Shown piece after piece: positions 37,248 to 45,892 of a DNA stretch of 64,000 bases; position 1 is the stretch's first letter; each line of letters opens with the position of its first letter. Position numbers and translations under genes: made by a program. The notes under the pieces are model-generated. The model did not search any database. It saw nothing but the letters and a program-made list of their open reading frames with translations, and had not been told where the DNA came from. Origin of the DNA: an uncultured Flavobacteriales bacterium (GTDB lineage Bacteria; Bacteroidota; Bacteroidia; CAIKAF01); assembly GCA_903825395.1 (NCBI GenBank), contig CAIKAF010000030.1, positions 7,553-71,552 on the forward strand, in the 5' to 3' direction.

Positions 37248-37595
37248 TTAGAGGCCTTTTTCTTTCTTAATAATATCTTCAATTTGAGTTTTAAGTGTAG
37301 GAATAATATTCTCCACAACTCCCCATACAGCCCAAAGGTCAACGCCTATATAGTCGTGGATTAATTTATCTCTCATTCCTGCGATCTTCTTCCATTAAAT
37401 TCCTGAATACGTTGCACGGAAATCATCGTTTAACTTTTTAGCGGCTTCACCAATGATTTCAAAGTTTCTGATTACTGCGTCTTGAATCAGGTTGTTCTTT
37501 AAAAAACCATCTTCATCAATTCCTTCAGTGTATTCTTTTATTCTGGAAATGCATGAACCGATGTGCTCAATATTAATAATTGGATCTTTTTTCAA
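37248..37595 (-). pseudogene. hepT: HepT (DUF86) toxin interrupted by an in-frame TAA at 37397..37395
   Basis: The 66-aa ORF ends ...DDFRATYSGI*. The same frame continues WKKIAGMRDKLIHDYIGVDLWAVWGVVENIIPTLKTQIEDIIKKEKGL* to 37248. The catalytic Rx4HxY motif (RDKLIHDY) lies after the stop. Confidence 0.75.
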
Positions 37596-37873
37596 ACCAA
37601 CCTGATTAAATCCGATTCAATGAATGGCTTTAGGGATGCATTTACCGAGCGCAAAGTGACTAGGTCTACCTTGATTCCAAGCAGAACAGAAAGTTCTTGC
37701 TCCAAACCAATTAACTCAAGAAGATCAACCTCCATATCAAAATCGATAAGGATATCAAGATCACTCTTTTCATGCTCTTCTCCACGAGCATATGAGCCAA
37801 ATACCCCAATATAAGTAGGCTTAACCCTTTGGATAACAGTTTTAATTATATTTTCCTGTTGTGGAGTTATCAT
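37592..37873 (-). CDS. mntA: MntA-type nucleotidyltransferase antitoxin
   Basis: GSYARGEEHEKSDLDILIDF (GSx10DxD) motif. 4-nt overlap with the hepT start. Confidence 0.85.
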   Translation of the reverse strand: MITPQQENIIKTVIQRVKPTYIGVFGSYARGEEHEKSDLDILIDFDMEVDLLELIGLEQELSVLLGIKVDLVTLRSVNASLKPFIESDLIRLV

Positions 37874-37967
37874 AATTTAAAAATACACTTTTTTTGGTTG
37901 TTCTGTGACCTCTAGCGTTTTGCAAATAGGTGCAGGCATGATTTCAGGCACGAACCATGCTCAAATT

Positions 37968-38057
37968 GCCTGAAATTTAATTGCAATTGAAATGTTTAAA
38001 TGGGGAGTTATTAGTCGGTCTGACGGTTTCCGGCTTGGCGAAGGTGCCGATTTTCAC
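37968..38057 (+). repeat. Flanking direct repeat, copy 2
   Basis: gcctgaaatttaa (37968), cggtctgacg (38016-38025), ttttcac (38051-38057). Its first 9 nt also pair with atttcaggca at 37941-37950. Confidence 0.55.
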
Positions 38058-38600
38058 CATCCCGAAGCTTCGGGATTGATGAGGATAACCAAACTTTGAC
38101 TTACCACAAATGTGTTTACGGAGCACTGATCAGTACATTTTTGTTTGGTTATCGTCATTGAGCCTTGAGCGTAACTCATTTATACCCCCTATTAAACCTA
38201 CCAATCTGCCGATTTAGTTGTAAAGGCGAAGGCTTGATGCGTTGTATTTAATGTACTGATTTTTAACAAATCGTCAAAAGAAGGCCTTCAAGAACTAAAT
38301 ACATAAAGAGAGAGCCTAGGTTTAACGTTGCTCACATTTGCACAAACATAGAATCACTACTGCCAATGACCCCTTAGGGCTTTTGGGCTTACCATGCCGA
38401 ACATAGTATAAGATAGACCACCAAAAACGCAGCCAACACATGCATTTTCTTTAGATTGCCATAAGAATCCCTAAAGGACCTGTCAACTCCTTTTAAATCT
38501 TCTAATTCCGATGGGATAAATGCTTTGATGCATTCCAATTCTTTTTTACCTGAACGTTTAACCTATTAGCCCCCCTTCCTTCGATTTGCTCATTTTGGCC

Positions 38601-38608
38601 TATCTTTG
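38601..38608 (+). promoter_or_regulatory. -7 box TATCTTTG upstream of the FTR1 operon
   Basis: TAnnTTTG match 22 nt before ATG 38631. Confidence 0.4.
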
Positions 38609-38630
38609 ATTCGGTTTTCGGACGTACAGC

Positions 38631-39134
38631 ATGAATAAAAACAACCTTGCCCTGATTCTAGCCTGCCTAGCCCTGGGCCTTTCTATGTTTGCTTTTTTTA
38701 GAAACTCAGCTCCCGTTTCGGGCAGCGTTACCGTGGCCGATTCAACGGAAATGGAATCCGAAGAATTGGAGGTGGCCGTTTTAATGCAACGCTTCCAGTG
38801 GAACGTGAACAAACTTTATTTTGCGGGTTTGGCCAACAACAAACCCTTGGCCAATTTTTACCTGCACGAATTGGAAGAAAGCATGGAAGAGCTGGCCGAG
38901 CATCCCATCGAAGAAAACGGACAGCGCCTCGATGAATTGGTGCGTGCCTGGGGCTTGGCGCCCCTGGAAAGCTTGGAGGATTCCTTAGAAAAAACCGATC
39001 CAAAAGGCTTCAAATTGGCCTATGAAGCCTTCATTAAAAATTGCAATGGCTGCCACATTTCCAGTGGACATCCCTACATCCGAATTGTACTCCCCACTCA
39101 ACCCGTAATGGACAATCAAGATTTTAACCCATGA
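38631..39134 (+). CDS. Periplasmic helical protein with C-terminal CxxCH (class II cytochrome c-like)
   Basis: Signal peptide. Helix-rich E/L/A sequence. Single CNGCH about 25 residues from the C-terminus, the layout of cytochrome c'/c556-type four-helix bundles. Confidence 0.45.
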   Translation: MNKNNLALILACLALGLSMFAFFRNSAPVSGSVTVADSTEMESEELEVAVLMQRFQWNVNKLYFAGLANNKPLANFYLHELEESMEELAEHPIEENGQRLDELVRAWGLAPLESLEDSLEKTDPKGFKLAYEAFIKNCNGCHISSGHPYIRIVLPTQPVMDNQDFNP

Positions 39135-40006
39135 TGCTGCAATCCATTTTACTTGCTTCGGCCGGAACCTTTTCAAAAGGGTTTATTATTTTGTTTCGCG
39201 AAGGCTTTGAGGCCCTGCTTATTTTATTCATCTTGCTCGGCTTTCTCAAAAAATCGGGCCGCAGTGAACAGGCCCCGGCCTTATATTGGGGTGCCTTGAT
39301 GGCCGTAGGCGCTAGTTTGCTCATTGGCCTTTTGTTGGGAGCCCTGAAAATTTCAATGGAAGGTACCGCCGAAAAGGTGTTTGAAGGCCTAGCCATGTAC
39401 ATTACAGCGCTGTTGCTGGGCGGCATGATCTTGTGGATGATTCGCTTCCAAGGGAATACGGCCGAACTGAAAAGCCAAGCCGCCAGCCTTGCCGACCAAA
39501 ACAACCGCTGGGGTTTAGGATTGCTGATGTTTTTCAGTGTGCTACGGGAAGGACTAGAAACGGTTTTGCTGTTTATGGGACCGGTGGAAGAGGGCGGAAA
39601 CTGGTGGGCCGGGTTGGGTGGCGGACTCTTGGGTTTGGCCTTTGCCGCCGCTTTAAGTTTTGCCCTTTTCAATGGTCTAATTCGCCTGAATTTTTCTTTG
39701 TTTTTTAATGTTACCACCGGCATTTTGTTGTTCATGGCCGCAGGTATGGTGGCCTACGGTACGCATGAACTGATTGAAGCAGGTTGGCTTCCTGCCATAC
39801 AAGAGAAGGTATGGAACATCAATCCTGCCGATTTGCCCGACGGCAGTAAACACCCCTTCCACGATAAGGGAAGTGTGGGCGGTTTGCTCAAAGCCTTGTT
39901 TGGGTACAACGGAGATCCCGATTTACTTGAGCTGTTGCTGTGGTTGGGCTATTTGATGGGAGGTGGATATTTATGGTATCGCCTAAAACCCAAAAAACAA
40001 TCTTAA
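39131..40006 (+). CDS. FTR1-family high-affinity iron permease
   Basis: Two REXXE motifs in TM helices (REGFEAL, LREGLETV). ATGA overlap with the upstream gene. Confidence 0.85.
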   Translation: MMLQSILLASAGTFSKGFIILFREGFEALLILFILLGFLKKSGRSEQAPALYWGALMAVGASLLIGLLLGALKISMEGTAEKVFEGLAMYITALLLGGMILWMIRFQGNTAELKSQAASLADQNNRWGLGLLMFFSVLREGLETVLLFMGPVEEGGNWWAGLGGGLLGLAFAAALSFALFNGLIRLNFSLFFNVTTGILLFMAAGMVAYGTHELIEAGWLPAIQEKVWNINPADLPDGSKHPFHDKGSVGGLLKALFGYNGDPDLLELLLWLGYLMGGGYLWYRLKPKKQS

Positions 40007-40009
40007 GGC

Positions 40010-40426
40010 ATGGCTGCGCCCAACCTAAATAAAGCTGGTTTACGTTCTACCCCCGCCAGGCAGCGAATTTTAGAGTACCTAAACCAACATGACCGGGCGC
40101 TGGCGCTTACCGATTTAGAACGCGATCTTTCCGATGCCGGAGATCGGGCCACCTTATATAGAACCTTAAAGTCCTTCGAAGATGCCGGGGTGGTGCATAA
40201 AGTGGTGGGCCTTGATGGAGTAATTCGGTTTGCCTTATGCGAATCGGCTTGCCGACTACACCATGCTCATTTTCACACCCACGCCCATTTTTCTTGTCAA
40301 AACTGCGGACATTTGACCTGTTTGCAAGAAATTGAATTGCCGCGCATCGAATTGCCCGAAGGCTACACCACCGACGATGTTCAATTGGTGTTTAGCGGCA
40401 CCTGCCAGCATTGTGCAAAGCCCTAA
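40010..40426 (+). CDS. Fur-family metalloregulator
   Basis: RSTPARQRILEYL...ATLYRTLKSFEDAGVVHKV winged helix, His-rich HHAHFHTHAHF, CQNC...CQHC zinc site. Confidence 0.85.
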   Translation: MAAPNLNKAGLRSTPARQRILEYLNQHDRALALTDLERDLSDAGDRATLYRTLKSFEDAGVVHKVVGLDGVIRFALCESACRLHHAHFHTHAHFSCQNCGHLTCLQEIELPRIELPEGYTTDDVQLVFSGTCQHCAKP

Positions 40427-41316
40427 TCCTTACATTCCCAGCAGCGTACCGTCCGGTCGTCGCTGACACTGATTAGTTGCTGGTCGTTGAGCCACAACAA
40501 GGCATTCACCGAATGGGAATGAGCCTGTTTTATGACCGGCTTGCCCAGCCTGAGCTGAAAAGACAAATCCTTGGAATCCCAAATTTTTAGGGTTTTATCT
40601 CGGCTGCAGCTGGCCAGGTATTTAGAACTGGGCGAAAAGGCCAAGCCATAGATGGCATAATTGTGGGCTTCAATCTTGGGTTGAATTTCTTGCATTTGCG
40701 TATTGAACCAATACAGCCCCGCGTCTTTTCCTCCAAAAACCCAGCTCCCATTGGGGTGGCGGGTTATGGAAAAAATAGGCCATTCGCAGATGGAATAGCG
40801 TTCGGCCAGGGCTACTTCTACATCAATTCGGCATTTTAATACCCCCGAAGGGTCTCCGACCAACAGAATTTCATTCGAAGAAAAAGGCATCCAACTTCGA
40901 GCGGATTGAACGGGCAAGGCGATGCCTTGCAACCAGGCTCCACTCTCCCGGTCAAATTGGGCAAAAAATCCATCGCGGCTAAGCCCGCCTATCCGTTGTT
41001 CATCTAGCGCCTTTAGGTCAAATATACTGCCTCGCTGCAGTTCAAATCGGTGCAGAATTTGGCCATCGCTGATGCGCAAGCAGAGCACATCTCCGTTCAT
41101 TTGACCAACCCACAATAGGTTTGAGCGCGGGTCGGCAAACAAGCTATAAATACTGGATGTGGTATAGACCAAGGCCAGGGGTTCAGCATCTAAATTCCAG
41201 GCGGCGACAATTCGATCGCCCCCACCCGAAAAAAAAGAATAGGAGCTCAATCCTTGGCAAAGGGCGTACACCGGTTGGCTGTGTTCACCCAAGATTCGGT
41301 GCTGCAGCAGCTGCAC
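40423..41316 (-). CDS. WD40-repeat beta-propeller protein (no signal peptide)
   Basis: Repeated ...H...V..L......L.S.S.D.T(L/V)(K/R).W units, e.g. ASCSRDKTLKIWD and SVSDDRTVRCWE. Confidence 0.75.
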   Translation of the reverse strand: MQLLQHRILGEHSQPVYALCQGLSSYSFFSGGGDRIVAAWNLDAEPLALVYTTSSIYSLFADPRSNLLWVGQMNGDVLCLRISDGQILHRFELQRGSIFDLKALDEQRIGGLSRDGFFAQFDRESGAWLQGIALPVQSARSWMPFSSNEILLVGDPSGVLKCRIDVEVALAERYSICEWPIFSITRHPNGSWVFGGKDAGLYWFNTQMQEIQPKIEAHNYAIYGLAFSPSSKYLASCSRDKTLKIWDSKDLSFQLRLGKPVIKQAHSHSVNALLWLNDQQLISVSDDRTVRCWECKD

Positions 41317-41320
41317 GGTG

Positions 41321-42913
41321 TTAGGGTTGAGTAACCATTAAAAACACCTTGGTCAAGGACTGCGTTTTGCCGGCTACCGATTGAATCAGAATGGGTTCAG
41401 ATTGAGGTTGGTAGCCTTTGGGGCTTGCCAGCAGTGTAAAGGACTGATCGCCGGGAATGCTGACCCTAAATTCGCCATTTTCAGAGGTTTCAATGGTTTG
41501 AACCACCTTTCCGGCGGCATCGGTTAAGCGCAGTTCCGTTTCAAGCGCCATGGCATTGGATTTATCTAAAATCTTGCCTTGAAGCAGGCACACCGTAGGC
41601 CGTTTGGCCGCACTATTTCTGTCGATGGGCAGCACATAATTGCTTAAATCAATTTCATAGATATCGTAGCTTTCGCCCAAGCTTTCCTTGCGGCGGCTGC
41701 TTACCCAACCGGTATTCCCATCTACCGAAAGGCTAAAATAGACCTCATCGCCTTCGGTGTTTATGGGATAGCCTAAATTTTGAGGCGGCAGCCAGGTGTT
41801 TCCTTCGCGGCGGGTCACAAAAATATCGTAACCGCCCATGCTTTCGGGGCGGTTGGAGCTAAAAAACATGGTTTTACCATCGGGGTGAATGGAAACTGAG
41901 TTTTCGTCATACACCGTATTCACGGGAGCTCCCAGATTGGTAGCGCTACCGTATTCGGTGCGCTTTTCTTTTTTCAGCATCCAGATGTCGCCATTGCCTT
42001 TGGCTCCGCGTTTTTCCCGTTCGCTAATCAGGTACATGGTTTTGGCGTCGGCAGACAGGCAGGCGGAAGATTCAAAATAGCTGGTATTGATATCGCCGCC
42101 CATGGCCTTTGGTTCTCTCCAATTGCCTTTTTTGTCGCAGCGGGAATAAAAAATATCGCCGCCTTTTTCGCTTTTATACACGAAGAGCATATCGCCTTGT
42201 GGAGAAAGTCCCAAGCAGGCATCGTGTTCGGGAGTATTTACTTTTCCAGGAAGCGGTTCGGGCCCTTTCCAGATTCGGGTTAAGCTATCACGGCGGCTCA
42301 TCCAGATGTCTTGGAAGTAAATTCCATGTTCTTCATCCATGTCTTTGCCTGTATTTTCAATTCGGGCGCTGGTAAAAAACAAGGTGTTTTCATCCAAACT
42401 CAGAAAAACGGAACTTTCGACTCCGTCCGTGTTTAGTACTTCAAGGGGACGCAGGCTTACCGCCTGGGGTTTGGATTTTTCGTTCCGGGCATTTTTGGCA
42501 TACGAAAGCCATAACCCAGCATCATCTAAGTCTTCTCCTTTCAATTGAGGCTGGGCGCGTTGCAGCAGCTGGATGGCAGAATCGAGCTGCCCTTCTCCAA
42601 ACAAGGCCTTCCCTTCCCATAAATCCAATTCGGGAAAGGACTTCGTACTTACTTGTCGAGCCCGAGAAAACAAAAAAGAGGCTTCGGAGAAGAGTCGAAT
42701 TTGATGCGCTGATTTTCCGGCAGCCAAATAAATTTCAGGATTGTCTTTGATTTCAGAAAGCAGGTCGATGTAGCCATCGTAGGCGGCTTTAAAGTAGGCA
42801 TTTCGGTAATTTTCATTGGCCGAAGACCACTTAATCAACTGGGCGGGCTGCCAACGGGTTTGGGCGCTCAGGTTTACAGAAAAAACCAGTGTCAATATTA
42901 AAAAACATCTCAT
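41321..42913 (-). CDS. Secreted TPR + PD40 (TolB-like) beta-propeller + carboxypeptidase-regulatory-like domain protein
   Basis: Signal peptide. Repeated F(F/V)S.R....G..DI(W/F/Y) PD40 units. C-terminal Ig-like LQGKILD...GEFRVSIP segment. Confidence 0.6.
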   Translation of the reverse strand: MRCFLILTLVFSVNLSAQTRWQPAQLIKWSSANENYRNAYFKAAYDGYIDLLSEIKDNPEIYLAAGKSAHQIRLFSEASFLFSRARQVSTKSFPELDLWEGKALFGEGQLDSAIQLLQRAQPQLKGEDLDDAGLWLSYAKNARNEKSKPQAVSLRPLEVLNTDGVESSVFLSLDENTLFFTSARIENTGKDMDEEHGIYFQDIWMSRRDSLTRIWKGPEPLPGKVNTPEHDACLGLSPQGDMLFVYKSEKGGDIFYSRCDKKGNWREPKAMGGDINTSYFESSACLSADAKTMYLISEREKRGAKGNGDIWMLKKEKRTEYGSATNLGAPVNTVYDENSVSIHPDGKTMFFSSNRPESMGGYDIFVTRREGNTWLPPQNLGYPINTEGDEVYFSLSVDGNTGWVSSRRKESLGESYDIYEIDLSNYVLPIDRNSAAKRPTVCLLQGKILDKSNAMALETELRLTDAAGKVVQTIETSENGEFRVSIPGDQSFTLLASPKGYQPQSEPILIQSVAGKTQSLTKVFLMVTQP

Positions 42914-43785
42914 ATTCTTACTGAATTTTCATAGGCAGTCCATGTATTCATCAGCAATCCGATTCGGGTCATGGGCCCCACTCCACCGGGCACAGGGGTA
43001 ATGGCTGAACACTTGGGAGCTACTTCTTCAAAAGCCACATCGCCCTTTAAACGCCAACCTCTGGGGTGAGAAGAATCGGGTACGCGAGTCGTTCCCACAT
43101 CGATGACAACAGTGCCATCGCTTACCATATCGGCACGCAAAAACCCTGGAATTCCCAATGCCGCCACAATCACATCTGCCTGAAGGCAAATGTCCTTCAA
43201 ATTCTGAGTCTTAGAATGGGTCAAGGTCACTGTGGCATCAGCTCCAGGACGCGACATCAAGATGGATAGCGGAGTTCCGACGATATTGCTTCTACCGATT
43301 ACCACCACATGTTTTCCTGAAACAGAAATCTGGTTTCGGCGCAACAGTTCCATAATTCCCCAGGGCGTAGCCGCGACAAAACCGGGCAAGCCCAAGGTCA
43401 AGCGCCCCATATTTTCCGGATGGAATCCATCCACGTCCTTTTCGGGAGCAATGGCTCCGATAATGGTTTGATTGGAAATTCCTTTGGGCAGGGGCAATTG
43501 AACAATAAACCCATGCACACCGTCGTCTTGGTTTAAACCTTCAATGGCTTGGAGCAGTTCAGCTTCAGAAACGGATTCGGGAAAGCGGATGAGTCGAGAC
43601 TGAAAGCCCACTTCGGCACAATCGTTCATTTTATGCGTCACATAGCTTTCGCTGCCTCCGTCGTTTCCTACCAAAATTGCGGCCAAGCAAGGACTTGCGC
43701 CCGATTCCTGGACTTTTTGACGCAATTCAGCTCGAATTTCAGTAGCCAGTCGATTTCCGTCCAACATCAAGGGAGAAGCGTTCAT
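42910..43785 (-). CDS. folD: Bifunctional methylenetetrahydrofolate dehydrogenase/cyclohydrolase
   Basis: LAAILVGNDGGSESYV, VHGFIVQLPLP, GRSNIVG.PL and ITPVPGGVGPMT blocks. Confidence 0.95.
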   Translation of the reverse strand: MNASPLMLDGNRLATEIRAELRQKVQESGASPCLAAILVGNDGGSESYVTHKMNDCAEVGFQSRLIRFPESVSEAELLQAIEGLNQDDGVHGFIVQLPLPKGISNQTIIGAIAPEKDVDGFHPENMGRLTLGLPGFVAATPWGIMELLRRNQISVSGKHVVVIGRSNIVGTPLSILMSRPGADATVTLTHSKTQNLKDICLQADVIVAALGIPGFLRADMVSDGTVVIDVGTTRVPDSSHPRGWRLKGDVAFEEVAPKCSAITPVPGGVGPMTRIGLLMNTWTAYENSVRI

Positions 43786-45119
43786 CGAGGCCCCATTTTT
43801 GGCATATTCTGCATCATCTTTGCCATGTTTTGTTTGTTGCCCATGAGCTTCATCATTTTCCGCATTTCATCAAATTGCTTCATGAGCTTATTCACGTCTT
43901 GAATGGAAGTACCACTGCCTTTGGCAATGCGTTCTTTCCTTCGGCCATTTATTAGGGTGGGTTCTGCCCGTTCAGCGGGAGTCATGGAATGAATAATCGC
44001 CTCTACGCCTTTAAAAGCATCGTCGTCGATGTCAATTTCTTTCATCATTTTTCCTACTCCTGGAATCATTCCCATCAAATCTTTCAGGTTGCCCATCTTT
44101 TTGATTTGTTGAATTTGAGAGAGGAAGTCGTTGAAGTCGAATTGGTTTTTCTGGATTTTCTGCCGCAGTTTTTCGGCTTGCTTTTCGTCGAATTGTTCTT
44201 GGGCGCGTTCCACGAGCGAAACGATATCGCCCATGCCCAAAATTCGATCGGCCATACGTTCTGGGTAGAAGGCATCGAGGGCGTCGAGTTTTTCGCCGGT
44301 ACCTACAAATTTAATGGGCTTATTGACCACCGATCGAATGGTTAAGGCCGCTCCACCGCGGGTATCTCCGTCAAGTTTAGTCAGTACTACTCCATCGAAA
44401 TCCAAGCGGTCGTTGAACGCCTTTGCTGTATTCACCGCATCTTGTCCCGTCATCGAATCGACAACAAAAAGAATTTCATCGGGAGAGAGGGCGGCTTTCA
44501 GCGCTGCAATTTCCTTCATCATCGATTCATCTACCGCCAAGCGGCCGGCGGTATCGACCAATACCGTTGAAATTCCTTTTTCCTTGGCTTCGCGCACGGC
44601 CCGGCGAGCAATATCAACAGGATCGGTACTTGTTTTATCGCTGAACACGGGCACTCCAATTTGTTCTCCCAGCACATGAAGCTGATCTACGGCTGCGGGG
44701 CGGTATACGTCGGCAGCCACCAGCATCACCTTATGGCCTTTTTTGTTTTTTATGTATTGCCCAAGCTTTCCGGTAAAGGTTGTTTTACCTGAACCTTGCA
44801 ATCCGGCCATTAGAATAACCGCAGGCGAGCTTTTTAATTTAATATCGGCACGCTCGCCACCCATCAGGGCCACCAGCTCTTCATGCACAATTTTCACCAT
44901 CAATTGCCCGGGAGAAACCGCAGTAAGCACCTGCCGCCCAAGGGCCTTCTCCTTTACTCGGTCGGTAAATTCCTTAGCGACTTTGTAATTCACGTCCGCA
45001 TCTAAAAGAGCACGCCGGACTTCCTTCAGGGATTCGGCAACATTGATTTCGGATATTTTACCCTGACCTTTCAGGGATTTTATTGCCGATTCTAACCTTT
45101 CCGATAAATTCTCAAACAT
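43782..45119 (-). CDS. ffh: Signal recognition particle protein Ffh
   Basis: MFENLSERLESAIKSLKG start, GLQGSGKTT, DTAGR, Met-rich M domain. A TATCTTTG box at 45138-45145 lies inside the longer track ORF, so the ATG at 45119 is preferred. Confidence 0.95.
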   Translation of the reverse strand: MFENLSERLESAIKSLKGQGKISEINVAESLKEVRRALLDADVNYKVAKEFTDRVKEKALGRQVLTAVSPGQLMVKIVHEELVALMGGERADIKLKSSPAVILMAGLQGSGKTTFTGKLGQYIKNKKGHKVMLVAADVYRPAAVDQLHVLGEQIGVPVFSDKTSTDPVDIARRAVREAKEKGISTVLVDTAGRLAVDESMMKEIAALKAALSPDEILFVVDSMTGQDAVNTAKAFNDRLDFDGVVLTKLDGDTRGGAALTIRSVVNKPIKFVGTGEKLDALDAFYPERMADRILGMGDIVSLVERAQEQFDEKQAEKLRQKIQKNQFDFNDFLSQIQQIKKMGNLKDLMGMIPGVGKMMKEIDIDDDAFKGVEAIIHSMTPAERAEPTLINGRRKERIAKGSGTSIQDVNKLMKQFDEMRKMMKLMGNKQNMAKMMQNMPKMGPR

Positions 45120-45137
45120 GTATTGCTGGCTTTCTTG

Positions 45138-45145
45138 CAAAGATA
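45138..45145 (-). promoter_or_regulatory. -7 box TATCTTTG upstream of ffh
   Basis: Minus-strand TAnnTTTG match about 18 nt upstream of ATG 45119. Confidence 0.4.
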
Positions 45146-45320
45146 CCAAAATGATACCAAGCAAAACCCACCTGTGTCAAACCCCTTTCCAATGAAGAAT
45201 TCCAACAAAATTAGAAGGCCCTAGGATTGCGGCTGCGCTGCCGAGTCCATCCTGGAATTGGGTTCAACACGGTGGACCGACCATAAGCATTTCAAGAACA
45301 ATGCCCTTGGGGGCTACAGC

Positions 45321-45803
45321 CTATTTTTTCAGAATGTTCGCTTCGTACATGCGTATCCAAGCTTCCGGACTCTGTTGGACGGCAAGCCACTGAAGCGTTT
45401 CGATGGGCAACATACTCCCCCATTTCATGCGAATGCAACCCTTTCCCAAATCGGGTTTTTTTTGTAGTTCATTGAACAAACGCTGAGACACATCTTGGCT
45501 TAAGTCAGGAGACGAATACATGCCTAAGTGATATAGCGCGAGGTGGTTTTTTTGCCCCAGCAAACTAATAAAGGGCAGAGGCTGAGTTGGGGGGCAATGG
45601 TATCCGGGCGGATAGGTAGAAAAGGGAACCACCCAATGCACGCCTGCCGCATTGTGTTTCTCTTCGAAACCGGAAGGCAATGCGGCAGATACCTCTTCGT
45701 ACACCCGATGAAGGGCCTTGGCATTGGGTTCAGTTAGAGCAGAAAACCATGGAAAGTTCATACAGTCAAAAGGTAAGAGCTGTAAATGTAGGTCAAATTT
45801 CAT
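45321..45803 (-). CDS. Hypothetical protein, possibly DUF1801/YdhG-like
   Basis: Intact 160-aa ORF with no signal peptide. Weak by-eye resemblance only. Start could be the internal Met at 45761. Confidence 0.35.
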   Translation of the reverse strand: MKFDLHLQLLPFDCMNFPWFSALTEPNAKALHRVYEEVSAALPSGFEEKHNAAGVHWVVPFSTYPPGYHCPPTQPLPFISLLGQKNHLALYHLGMYSSPDLSQDVSQRLFNELQKKPDLGKGCIRMKWGSMLPIETLQWLAVQQSPEAWIRMYEANILKK

Positions 45804-45856
45804 CGAAACACTTAACCTTTCTTAACCCAAACTGAACATTGCATTGCGGTGACTTG

Positions 45857-45864
45857 TTACCTTT
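45857..45864 (+). promoter_or_regulatory. -7 box TACCTTTG upstream of the peroxiredoxin gene
   Basis: TAnnTTTG match 28 nt before ATG 45893. Confidence 0.4.
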
Positions 45865-45892
45865 GCACTAACAAAATCAAATCATAAACACT

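Noticed and set aside
45120-45164. Upstream 15-codon extension of ffh in the track (start at 45164)
   Set aside because: The canonical Ffh N-terminus MFENLSERL starts at 45119, and a TATCTTTG promoter box lies within the extension.
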